A stretch of 64,000 nt of DNA, from NCBI GenBank assembly GCA_035317105.1, contig DATHHR010000149.1:172-64171 (forward strand), given 5' to 3'. Made by a program: the position numbers and the translations under genes. This DNA comes from Ferruginibacter sp. (GTDB lineage Bacteria; Bacteroidota; Bacteroidia; Chitinophagales; Chitinophagaceae). This document shows, piece by piece, positions 55,216 to 64,000 of the stretch. A model generated the notes under the pieces. The model did not search any database. It worked only from the letters and a program-made list of their open reading frames with translations, and was not told where the DNA came from. Numbering within the stretch: the stretch's first letter is position 1; each line of letters begins with the position of its first letter.

Positions 55216-57756
55216 ATGCGTAAATTTCTGTTGCTTATATTTATTGGTATCTCTCTTCATTCATCTTCACAGAAAATTTACGGAGTTGTTTATAATGCTA
55301 CGGGCGATCTATTGCCTTATGCATCAGTAACCATCAAAGGCACAACCATCGGCGCCAGCGCAAATAATAAGGCTAAATATTCGCTTAGCGTTCCACCAGG
55401 TAAGTATACGTTGGTTTGTCAATACATAGGGTTTATCGAACAGGAAAAAAATATACAGCTAACCGATAGCAGCGATGAAGAACTGGTATTTGTTTTAAAA
55501 GAACAAAAGCTTACACTGCAAGAAGTAGTGGTAAAACCCGGAGAAGATCCTGCGTATGAAATTATCAGGCAAGCCATAAAAAAACGGCCGTATTATAATA
55601 AGCAGGTAAGATCTTTTGATTGTGACCTCTACACAAAGAACATCATAAAGCTGCGCCATTTACCAAACGAGATATTTGGCCAAAAGATATCTGCAGATGA
55701 TAAAGCAGCATTACAATTAGACTCAACAGGAAAAGGTATTGTATACTTATCCGAATCTGTCGGAAAAATTTCTTCTCAACAGCCCAATAAATATAAAGTA
55801 GAAATAAAGAAAAGCCGTGTTAGCGGTAGCGGAAATTTTGGATTTGCCTTTCCTACCTTTATTAATTTTTACCAGAATAATGTCAGCATTTTTAGCAATC
55901 GCCTGAATCCCCGTGGTTTTATTTCACCCATTGCTAACGGTGCTATGAACTATTATAAATTTAAATACCTCGGCAGTTTTTGGGAGGATGGCAAAGAGAT
56001 CAATAGTATCCGCGTTACACCGCGTAGAAATTATGAGCCATTGTTTTCGGGTGTCATAAATATTACTGAAGATGATTGGCGCATCCATAGTGTGGAGTTA
56101 TCACTCATAAAAAAACAATCTTTAGAATTTTTAGATACATTGACTATCACACAGTTTTATGTTCCGGTAAATGATACTGTATGGCAGCTTAAGAACCAGG
56201 TATTGCATTTTAATTTTCAGCAATTCTCTATCGATGCTATCGGCAATTTCATAAGCGTTTATTCAAAGTACAGGATCGATCCAACCTTTCCGAAGGGTTT
56301 TTTCGATAATGTTATTCTTAAATACGATACAGGAGTAAATAAAAACCCTGCAACCTATTGGGATAGCACGCGCCCCGTGCCGCTAGAAAAAGAAGAAATA
56401 AAAGATTATGAAGTAAAAGATAGCCTGTACCAGGTTGGGAAAGACTCGGCATTAACCAAAAGGGTTGTTGACTCTCTTCGAAAAAAACAAGGTCCTATAA
56501 ACCCTTTTAAAGTATTGTATTTAGGTGTTGATAGAATGCATTACAGCCAGACCTTTACGTATCGATGGGCAGTGGACGCTTTATTACAAAAAATGGAATA
56601 CAACCTCGCAGAAGGAGTTGTCATAAATGCAAACGGCCATTTTGATAAGGATCTGGATGATAAGCATGCTCACTTGTCGATTAGTCCGACTGTCCGATAT
56701 GGTTTTAGTAATACACATTTAAATGCATGGGCCAATATTGTGTACACTACCAGGCATTTTAAAGATGATAAATTTGCAAAAGACACCTGGAGTTTAGGGG
56801 GTGGCAAAAGAGTGAGTCAATTCAACAATGCGAACCCGATCACTGCTGATGTAAATAGTATCAGTACACTTTTTTCAGGAAAAGATTTTATGAAGACCTA
56901 TGAGAATTATTTTGTGTCGGCAGGTTTTTCCAGGAAGTTTGATAATGGCTTACAGGTTGGCATTAATGGTTTGTACGAAGACAGGATACCTTTAGATAAT
57001 ACAACAGATTTTATCTTTTTCAAAAAAGACCTGCCACATATCACACCCAATTATCCCTATCAAAAAATAGCGGCGCAGTTTACGCCTTACCAGGCATTTT
57101 TGATCGATGCCAATATTAGTTATCAACCGGGACAAAGATTCATTCAATATCCCAATGGAAAAATTTCTTTAGGATCAAGGTATCCGGTCTTTACATTGAA
57201 TTATATCAAAGGGATCAAAAATATCTTTGGCAGTGATGTTGATTTTGATAAATGGAACTTATCTATCAGGAACGAGTTCAATTTTAAACTCGCAGGCATA
57301 TTGAAATATAATTTTGTGCTTGGTGGATTTTTGAATACCAATAAAGTATTCATACAAGATTATACGCACATCAACGGGAATGAATATTTTGCCGCAAGTG
57401 CTTATCTGAACAGCTTTCAATTAGCCGATTATTATTTATACAGTAATACATCCCGCTTTTATACTGAAGCACATATCGAGTATCATTTAAACGGTTTACT
57501 CACTAACAAGATCCCGTTATTTAATAAATACGATTGGAATTTAGTGCTGGGTTCTAACGCGTTTTACATCAATGAAGACGGCAACTACACTGAAGTATTT
57601 GTGGGTATAGAGAATTTTTTACGCTTATTCAGAATAGATTTTGTAGCTGGCTTTAGGGATGGAAAAACCGCAGAGACAGGCATAAGGCTTGGTACACAAG
57701 GTTTGCTGGGTGGACAAAACAAGTTCAGGCGCCAGCAAAATCCGCTTAAATTTTAA
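55216..57756 (+). CDS. CarboxypepD_reg-like domain + DUF5686 family protein
   Basis: 846 aa. The N-terminal part (IYGVVYNATGDLLPYASVTIKGT) matches the carboxypeptidase regulatory-like fold, and the long beta-rich body is typical of DUF5686. Confidence 0.8.
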   Translation: MRKFLLLIFIGISLHSSSQKIYGVVYNATGDLLPYASVTIKGTTIGASANNKAKYSLSVPPGKYTLVCQYIGFIEQEKNIQLTDSSDEELVFVLKEQKLTLQEVVVKPGEDPAYEIIRQAIKKRPYYNKQVRSFDCDLYTKNIIKLRHLPNEIFGQKISADDKAALQLDSTGKGIVYLSESVGKISSQQPNKYKVEIKKSRVSGSGNFGFAFPTFINFYQNNVSIFSNRLNPRGFISPIANGAMNYYKFKYLGSFWEDGKEINSIRVTPRRNYEPLFSGVINITEDDWRIHSVELSLIKKQSLEFLDTLTITQFYVPVNDTVWQLKNQVLHFNFQQFSIDAIGNFISVYSKYRIDPTFPKGFFDNVILKYDTGVNKNPATYWDSTRPVPLEKEEIKDYEVKDSLYQVGKDSALTKRVVDSLRKKQGPINPFKVLYLGVDRMHYSQTFTYRWAVDALLQKMEYNLAEGVVINANGHFDKDLDDKHAHLSISPTVRYGFSNTHLNAWANIVYTTRHFKDDKFAKDTWSLGGGKRVSQFNNANPITADVNSISTLFSGKDFMKTYENYFVSAGFSRKFDNGLQVGINGLYEDRIPLDNTTDFIFFKKDLPHITPNYPYQKIAAQFTPYQAFLIDANISYQPGQRFIQYPNGKISLGSRYPVFTLNYIKGIKNIFGSDVDFDKWNLSIRNEFNFKLAGILKYNFVLGGFLNTNKVFIQDYTHINGNEYFAASAYLNSFQLADYYLYSNTSRFYTEAHIEYHLNGLLTNKIPLFNKYDWNLVLGSNAFYINEDGNYTEVFVGIENFLRLFRIDFVAGFRDGKTAETGIRLGTQGLLGGQNKFRRQQNPLKF

Positions 57757-57769
57757 TAGGTTTAATCGT

Positions 57770-57859
57770 TTAACCGCAAAGAACGGTAAGTAAGCGCAGA
57801 GACCCGCAAAGAAAACTTTGCGATACTTTGTGGTATTTCTTTGTGTTCTTTGCGGTTAA
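57770..57859. repeat. Nested inverted repeat (REP-like element / terminator)
   Basis: The outer arms are ttaaccgcaaagaac / gttctttgcggttaa (15 bp, perfect). They enclose the inner hairpin cgcaaag aaaa ctttgcg. Confidence 0.6.
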
Positions 57860-57950
57860 TTTTTTTGTATTTTTGCAAAGTATTTGGTTTGCCCTGCAAG
57901 CATCCAACTTTTAAAAGTTTTCCGATCAAGATCGGGATCAAATTAATTTT

Positions 57951-58991
57951 ATGACTTTATACAATCGTATCTCCCAAACGGAGCTTAAACAATTGTTGTA
58001 CGCCGAAACGGAGCATCGTACAACTATTTCTTTCTATCAATATTTTCCTGTCGACGATGATAAACAATTCAGGGATGAGCTGTATGCTAACCTGAATGCC
58101 TTAAAAGTTTTTGGCAGGATATACATTGCGCAGGAAGGTATCAACGCGCAGATAAGTGTGCCTGATAGTAATTTCGAGGCGCTTAAAACTTACCTTTCTT
58201 CTGTCGCTCCACTAAATGGTATTCGTTTAAATGTGGCCATTGATGATGACGGGAAATCTTTCTGGGTATTAAAAATAAAAGTGCGGGATATGATCGTAGC
58301 AGATGGCATTACTGATCCGGGCTTTAGCATGGAGAAAAAAGGCAAGTATGTAAATGCTACACAAATGAATGAGTTATTGCTTGATGAGAATACGATCGTG
58401 ATAGATATGCGCAATCATTACGAATATGAAGTAGGGCATTTTGTAAAAGCAGTAGAGATACCCAGTGATACTTTTCGTGAGCAATTGCCAATGGCTGTTG
58501 AAATGATGAAGGAACATAAGGATAAAAATATCATTATGTATTGTACTGGCGGTATCCGTTGCGAAAAAGCGAGCGCTTATATGTTGCACAATGGCTTTAA
58601 TAATGTTTTTCATTTAGAAGGCGGTATTATTAATTATGCCAAACAAACCAAAGAAGAAAAGATCGAAAGTAAATTTATCGGTAAAAATTTCGTTTTTGAT
58701 AACAGGCTGGGAGAGCGTATAACAGAAGATATTATTTCTTTGTGCCATCAATGCGGGCAACCTGCCGATACACATACCAATTGCAAAAATGATGGCTGCC
58801 ATATTCTTTTTATTCAATGTGAAGTATGTGCAACAAAATACGATGGCTGTTGCAGTGAAGATTGCCAGGCAGTTTACAACTTGCCGGTAGAAACACAAAA
58901 AGAAATGCGCAAAGGAATTGATAAAGGCAATATGGTTTTTAATAAATCAAAACACCGCTTACGGCCATCTATACACGATAAAAAAGTGTGA
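57951..58991 (+). CDS. trhO: Rhodanese-domain tRNA U34 hydroxylase TrhO (UPF0176/YceA) with a Cys-rich C-terminal extension
   Basis: 346 aa with [17 protein letters not shown], the rhodanese active-site loop [12 protein letters not shown] and the C-terminal CHQCGQP...CEVC...CCSEDC. Confidence 0.9.
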   Translation: MTLYNRISQTELKQLLYAETEHRTTISFYQYFPVDDDKQFRDELYANLNALKVFGRIYIAQEGINAQISVPDSNFEALKTYLSSVAPLNGIRLNVAIDDDGKSFWVLKIKVRDMIVADGITDPGFSMEKKGKYVNATQMNELLLDENTIVIDMRNHYEYEVGHFVKAVEIPSDTFREQLPMAVEMMKEHKDKNIIMYCTGGIRCEKASAYMLHNGFNNVFHLEGGIINYAKQTKEEKIESKFIGKNFVFDNRLGERITEDIISLCHQCGQPADTHTNCKNDGCHILFIQCEVCATKYDGCCSEDCQAVYNLPVETQKEMRKGIDKGNMVFNKSKHRLRPSIHDKKV

Positions 58992-58992
58992 C

Positions 58993-61900
58993 CTATTGAG
59001 GTATTGGCGGTAATGGATGGGTTTTATGCAGCTCATTATAGTGCTTAATGTATTTGCTGTCTTTTTGTAAGCCTATACTCGACAGCGCGCCCTTTAATAC
59101 TGTTTTCAGCCAATCATTAAATATGAATTTCCCCCTGTCACGCTCAAAAAATATCAATGTTTCTTTTTTATTGTCTGGATTGACAACGTTGCCTGCAAGG
59201 CCATTCTCGATCCTAAGTTTAAGAGAATTTTTAGTTGGGTTGACCGGATCTAATATTTTAATGGCAAGGTCCTTATAATATAAATTCATTTTACCTACGG
59301 CTGCATATTTATTGCCTCTCCAATTCGCAAATAAAGTATCGGCACTTCCTTTTTCGATCTCTATAGCAGCCAGGGGCTTTGTTATTGGATTTAATTCAAC
59401 AAAGTTAATAGGAGAAACATTGACAGACATAGTAAAGTTTGAAAGAGAATCGTCATAACGCTCACTGTAATAGAAATGCCTTATCGATGTACTGAATAAA
59501 GATGCGGTAGCAGTTACTGTCAGGTTCTTATTTTTGTTATTTATATTGCCGATATTCGACACAGTACCATTTATATTTTTCAGTGGGATAATACCCATCT
59601 GATTTGTTTTGGCAGATATTTCCTGAACCGTTGCAGCGCTGTTTTCTATTACAACAGTATTCACTGAAAACGGAAATGCAATGGCACTGATAAGTTTGGT
59701 AGGCATCGGCTTTTCTATATTATGATGGAAAGGCATCCTTTTATCCCTGCTTGCAGTTAAAGAAACATTGTTAACAATGATCTTATCTGCAGTAATAGAC
59801 GAATCGTTTTTTTGTTGATTAATGTGCAGGTTATTGACCGTTACATCATCACCTTTTATAACCACATAATCTGCCTGCCATTTTGCTTTTTTAAATGTCT
59901 CTTCCATGCTAAGGTTTGGCGTTACATCAAAGCCTTTGATGTGTAGTGTATTCTCAGCAGGCAGCCAGCTATACGATCGTATATTTATTGTTTGTGTTTT
60001 TCCTTTTAAATGCAGGTCGCCTTTTGTGATGGCAGATCTACCCAAAAGATAGGACCATTTGTACTTTGATCTTTCATGGTAAGAAAAAGTATTGTCTTCA
60101 AAAGATCCGGATAAATTGTTGATCGCTAAATCAGTGTTGCCTTTTTTGTTTTTGATCACCGCATCGTCCCATTTCAGCAATAAGCCAGACGTCAATGATA
60201 ATTTATCATTCGCATCTTTTGTCAGTGCACCATTATCAAGCTGTAAAGAAGATCTTGGTATACTGATCGAGAGCTGTTTTTTGTGTATAGAAAGATCAGT
60301 TAAAGTAACTGCGATCTTTTTGTATTCCAGCATGGCATCGCCTTCTTTATGTCCATGCACTTCACTTGCAGCGATCGATACTTTTGCAGAAATTTTTGAA
60401 CTATCTATTGTTGTTTCTGAAACATAATTGATCTGTGAATTGTTAACAAGTAGATTATCCGTATTAAAATTTAGGGGTATTGATAAATGCCTGCTCTTCT
60501 TTTTTGCCACAGCCGTATTATAAATATTGATCGTAGGATCTTCAACAATAAAGGAAGTGAGCTTGTTGATACCGAAATCGCTGGAATGTATATCGCCTTT
60601 TATTTTTGCTATAGGTATTTCAAGCTTTGTGTAGCCACTGTCTTTATGTATATCAACTATAGCGCCTTCAATAACATTGGTATAATTATTATCAAGCACC
60701 AGTTTTTTTGCAAAAACGGTTGTGTTTTGATCACTGAAACTGATATCATTAAATATCCCCATGGCACTATTCCAGGTAAAAAATCTTTTGACAGAATTAA
60801 TATTATCAACACGAATAGCACTCGCAGTTAAATGAATATTATTCTTTGCAGATGATTTTGTGAAATCTAAATTATTCACATCTATGCTATCGATATGAAT
60901 GAGCGGAAGGTCTTTTGCCGTTTTATTAGCAGCTTCTTCACCATTGCCTGTCGAGTTTACAAATAGTTTATTTACTTCGATATGATCGATCATTATCTTT
61001 CTGTAATTCACGTATTGATCCCAGTCTAATACCTGCCAGGATAATTGCGTGCCCTTTACAGATAAATTTTCTCCATAGGTCAATTGGAAGTTATCTGCAT
61101 AATTGCGCCGGTTATATCCTTTGAAATCAAAATCGTTTATTTGTAGTGTGATCTTTCCTGCCTGAACATTTACCTGTCCAATATCAAGTTTCGGCATGGA
61201 ACGTTTAACATCTATCAATGAATCACTCAAAAAAAAGTGGTGCAATAAAACATCTGCATTTACATTTTTCATGCTCATCGTTATCGGCTGGGCTCCCAAT
61301 AATTTATATTTTAGATTGCCATTCACTATATGAAAGCTATCCACGTTGATCAATTCACTAATGCTGTGCAGTATTTTATAAATATGATTATTGGCATCTA
61401 TAATAGTAGAAGCTGACCTTTGCGGTTTCTTTTTTTGATTGGCAGTTATGGAAATAACGGGCTTGTATAAATACGCCTGTGTGGCTTTTAATCTTTTTTC
61501 TACTAAAGCATCCAGGCTGATATTTTTAAGGTACAAAGACGGCGTTGAAAAAGTTAATCCCTTACCCGACTTGTTTTGAGGCGTAGGGCCAAACACAGCA
61601 TGACTAAAAAGCAGATCGCTGTTCTTAAAAATAAATTCATCAACGGCTAATTGGAATAGGCTATCCTTTGTGATAAATGTAAGGCGCTTCACATTGAACA
61701 AAATGCTATCAGCCTGGATCTTGGTAGCGCTATCGGGGTTTATTTGTAAATTATATACTTTGAGCGTAGCTTTTTGTGTGCCATACGAAGGCTTGTTCTT
61801 ATTGGTAAATACCAACTGGCCTTCTTCGATGCTGATATAGTTGAAGTTGATATAATCGAAAATAAAATCGGTAGACTTCTTTACTATTTTAGCTTTTGCA

Positions 61901-62808
61901 TCATCGCTGGTATCCTTATTATCTCCCGGAACGGTTAAGACGGGCTTTATACAAATAAGCGTATCAATTATGAGTTGTTGTTTTTGATAGATAGCCGGTA
62001 GTTGGGCAGAGTTAAAAAATAATTTATCTGCTGTTAAAGTGATCTCGCCTTTATTGTCTTGTGCTTTTTTATGGATATAACAGGAATCTAATTCAAAAAG
62101 ATCGCTTTTGCCTGAAAAGTGTAGTGATTTAAAATTGATATCATGCAATCCATCGGGCAATGCCCAATGCTGATCATTCATGCTAAGGTCGATATTGTCG
62201 GAAGCGAAAGTATGTGCACTATCGTTGTTCTCTTTTGTAAAATTAGAAACTGTAAAATCAATATTGTTACAGATCAACGGTTCTGCAACGCCAACCTTAC
62301 CGTACGCTACTGATCCATTTTCCAAATGAAGCGCACGCACTTTTAAATGAACCAATATTTTTTGAAAGCTCCTCACAATATCCGTTATGTGAAAACGTGT
62401 TGCGGTAGTATCTTCAATATGTTCTCTGTGTTCGTGGATCTTTACCGCAGGAGATATTACCGCAAGACTATCAATTCCAAAGGTCTGATGAAGGATCAGG
62501 TCTTTCCATGATTGAATGGTTAAATACATGCGGGGTATTCTTACATCATAGTGCGGTGTAGTATGTAAAGTATCATTGCAAATAATGGAAACGCCATTTA
62601 CAATGATTGATTTGTTCCAGAGCGAGACTTCTAATGTTGAATCTTCAAATCTGTAAGCGCCTTTCGTTTCTTTAGTTACCGTGAACTGAATGATCCGTTT
62701 GAATTTGTATTCTATAACAAAATATAAAATGAGGCTCACCGCAAAGCGAACGATCAATAGGATAAGAAAAGTTTTTATCCATTTTTTATATTTGGGTGAA
62801 AGCTCCAT
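58993..62808 (-). CDS. Giant N-terminally anchored beta-rich envelope protein (AsmA-like; paralog of 373..2496)
   Basis: 1271 aa with an N-terminal TM (FLILLIVRFAVSLILYFV). The C-terminal module NLYYKDLAIKIL ... FFERDRGKFIFNDWLKTV aligns with the 707-aa protein. Confidence 0.8.
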   Translation of the reverse strand: MELSPKYKKWIKTFLILLIVRFAVSLILYFVIEYKFKRIIQFTVTKETKGAYRFEDSTLEVSLWNKSIIVNGVSIICNDTLHTTPHYDVRIPRMYLTIQSWKDLILHQTFGIDSLAVISPAVKIHEHREHIEDTTATRFHITDIVRSFQKILVHLKVRALHLENGSVAYGKVGVAEPLICNNIDFTVSNFTKENNDSAHTFASDNIDLSMNDQHWALPDGLHDINFKSLHFSGKSDLFELDSCYIHKKAQDNKGEITLTADKLFFNSAQLPAIYQKQQLIIDTLICIKPVLTVPGDNKDTSDDAKAKIVKKSTDFIFDYINFNYISIEEGQLVFTNKNKPSYGTQKATLKVYNLQINPDSATKIQADSILFNVKRLTFITKDSLFQLAVDEFIFKNSDLLFSHAVFGPTPQNKSGKGLTFSTPSLYLKNISLDALVEKRLKATQAYLYKPVISITANQKKKPQRSASTIIDANNHIYKILHSISELINVDSFHIVNGNLKYKLLGAQPITMSMKNVNADVLLHHFFLSDSLIDVKRSMPKLDIGQVNVQAGKITLQINDFDFKGYNRRNYADNFQLTYGENLSVKGTQLSWQVLDWDQYVNYRKIMIDHIEVNKLFVNSTGNGEEAANKTAKDLPLIHIDSIDVNNLDFTKSSAKNNIHLTASAIRVDNINSVKRFFTWNSAMGIFNDISFSDQNTTVFAKKLVLDNNYTNVIEGAIVDIHKDSGYTKLEIPIAKIKGDIHSSDFGINKLTSFIVEDPTINIYNTAVAKKKSRHLSIPLNFNTDNLLVNNSQINYVSETTIDSSKISAKVSIAASEVHGHKEGDAMLEYKKIAVTLTDLSIHKKQLSISIPRSSLQLDNGALTKDANDKLSLTSGLLLKWDDAVIKNKKGNTDLAINNLSGSFEDNTFSYHERSKYKWSYLLGRSAITKGDLHLKGKTQTINIRSYSWLPAENTLHIKGFDVTPNLSMEETFKKAKWQADYVVIKGDDVTVNNLHINQQKNDSSITADKIIVNNVSLTASRDKRMPFHHNIEKPMPTKLISAIAFPFSVNTVVIENSAATVQEISAKTNQMGIIPLKNINGTVSNIGNINNKNKNLTVTATASLFSTSIRHFYYSERYDDSLSNFTMSVNVSPINFVELNPITKPLAAIEIEKGSADTLFANWRGNKYAAVGKMNLYYKDLAIKILDPVNPTKNSLKLRIENGLAGNVVNPDNKKETLIFFERDRGKFIFNDWLKTVLKGALSSIGLQKDSKYIKHYNELHKTHPLPPIPQ

Positions 62809-62887
62809 ACTCAGATCGGGATATTCTCAAATATACAAAATGTATAATAAATGATTTAGATAGAAATGAGCAGACTAAACCGGGGAA

Positions 62888-63547
62888 TTACTTAGACAAT
62901 GCAACAATATCCGGCGATTCAAGTGTGTTACTAGGATAGCCTTTCGTTACGGTATGGATCATTGCTAATCCAAGCTCTCGCAAAGTACAAACGTACTTAG
63001 GCAATAATTTTTTTAAGAAAGGGTACATCCAGTCAATATAGTTGTAAGCTTTAATAGTATTTTTTAAACCTTTTGTTGGTTGTATATAACCTGGACGAAA
63101 CATATAGGCGGCTTTAAACGGCAAAGCTAATAAATGGTTTTCTGTTTTGCCTTTTACTCTTGCCCACATTGATTTTCCTTTTTCTGTCCGGTCTGTTCCA
63201 CCACCTGAAACATAACAGAACACCATATCGTGGTTATATTTTACCAGGGTATCTGCCACATATGTGGTAAGATCGTAAGTAAGCTTGGTGTACTCCGGTT
63301 CTTTTTTACCTACTGAAGTAACGCCTAAACAAAAAAAGCAGGCATTATAATTTTGTAATTGCGATTCGATCGGAGAGAAGTTGTAGAAATTGGCATGAAT
63401 GATCTCTTTTAATTTTGGATGTACAACACCACAAGGTTTTCGGTTGATCACCAATACCTGTTCAACATCATCGCTTAATAAGCATTCGTGTAAAACGCCT
63501 TCGCCTACCATGCCTGTTGCTCCTGTTATGATCGCTCTTACTTTCAT
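62888..63547 (-). CDS. NAD(P)H-binding (atypical SDR/epimerase-like) protein
   Basis: 219 aa with the Rossmann motif ITGATGMVG. The start overlaps the purC stop (ATGA). Confidence 0.8.
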   Translation of the reverse strand: MKVRAIITGATGMVGEGVLHECLLSDDVEQVLVINRKPCGVVHPKLKEIIHANFYNFSPIESQLQNYNACFFCLGVTSVGKKEPEYTKLTYDLTTYVADTLVKYNHDMVFCYVSGGGTDRTEKGKSMWARVKGKTENHLLALPFKAAYMFRPGYIQPTKGLKNTIKAYNYIDWMYPFLKKLLPKYVCTLRELGLAMIHTVTKGYPSNTLESPDIVALSK

Positions 63548-64000
63548 ACGCCTAAATTATTTAATGCTGTTGTTATTTTCTTTGCTGTTTCTTCATCGCT
63601 TAATTCTTCCGGTGCAAATTTCTCGCCAATTACTTTTTCGTATAGTTCGATATAACGTTTACTGATGGTGTTGATCCATTCATCCGTCATTTCCGGAACA
63701 GTCTGACCTTCTTTGCCCATAAAATTATTTTCGATCAGCCATTCTCTTACAAATTCTTTACTTAATTGTTTTTGTCTTTCGTTGGCGGCCTGTCTTGCTT
63801 CGTAACCATCAGCATAAAAATACCTTGATGAATCGGGTGTATGAATTTCATCCATCAAATAAATAGTGTCGCCAATTTTTCCGAATTCATATTTTGTATC
63901 CACCAATATCAATCCCTGCTTTGCCGCCATTTCTTTTCCTCTTTGAAAAAGTGCACGTGTGTATTTTTCTAAAATGGTATAGTCTGCTTCACTGGCAATG
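63544..64000 (-). CDS. purC: SAICAR synthetase PurC, C-terminal part; 5' end lies outside the window
   Basis: [11 protein letters not shown] and [11 protein letters not shown]. The reading frame stays open upstream of the ORF-track Met (..[14 protein letters not shown]) to the window edge. Confidence 0.9.
   Translation of the reverse strand, partial: IASEADYTILEKYTRALFQRGKEMAAKQGLILVDTKYEFGKIGDTIYLMDEIHTPDSSRYFYADGYEARQAANERQKQLSKEFVREWLIENNFMGKEGQTVPEMTDEWINTISKRYIELYEKVIGEKFAPEELSDEETAKKITTALNNLGV

Overview
Gene-dense chromosomal segment of a low-GC Bacteroidota genome, probably Chitinophagales- or Sphingobacteriales-like. This placement rests on a T9SS C-terminal sorting domain, a DUF5686 protein and miaB / sigma-54 activator / lptE / secG synteny. 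I count about 55 protein genes. By eye I found no rRNA, tRNA, CRISPR array, transposase, integrase or recognisable defence genes. The window falls into three blocks. (i) 1-18.4 kb holds an Omp85 fragment and an AsmA-like envelope gene, followed by a signalling/stress island. The island has two paralogous NtrC-type sigma-54 activators (one has lost the GAFTGA loop and both arginine fingers), two orphan receivers, a CHASE3 kinase and an MlaEFD-like transporter. It also carries many small general-stress-type proteins: DUF1328, lmo0937, CsbD, 2x YtxH, holin-X-like and 2x GSP26/PNPOx-like. Several of these fall below the 60-aa cutoff of the ORF track. (ii) 18.6-40 kb holds a 2910-aa cyclic beta-1,2-glucan synthase. 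It is divergent from an operon encoding a roughly ten-PAS histidine kinase, a receiver, and signal-peptide-less GH39-like and PF10091/GH144-like hydrolases. A 1400-aa T9SS-secreted modular glycan enzyme follows. (iii) 40-64 kb is housekeeping: yihY, mltG, secG, lptE, a receiver-less sigma-54 activator, miaB, ppa, phoH, miaE, a penicillin-acylase-family protein, DUF5686, trhO, a second AsmA-like giant and purC. The best candidates for undescribed biology are the glucan synthase/sensor/cytoplasmic-hydrolase locus and the paired active/degenerate sigma-54 activators embedded in the small-stress-protein island. All functional calls come from reading motifs by eye; no database search was run.
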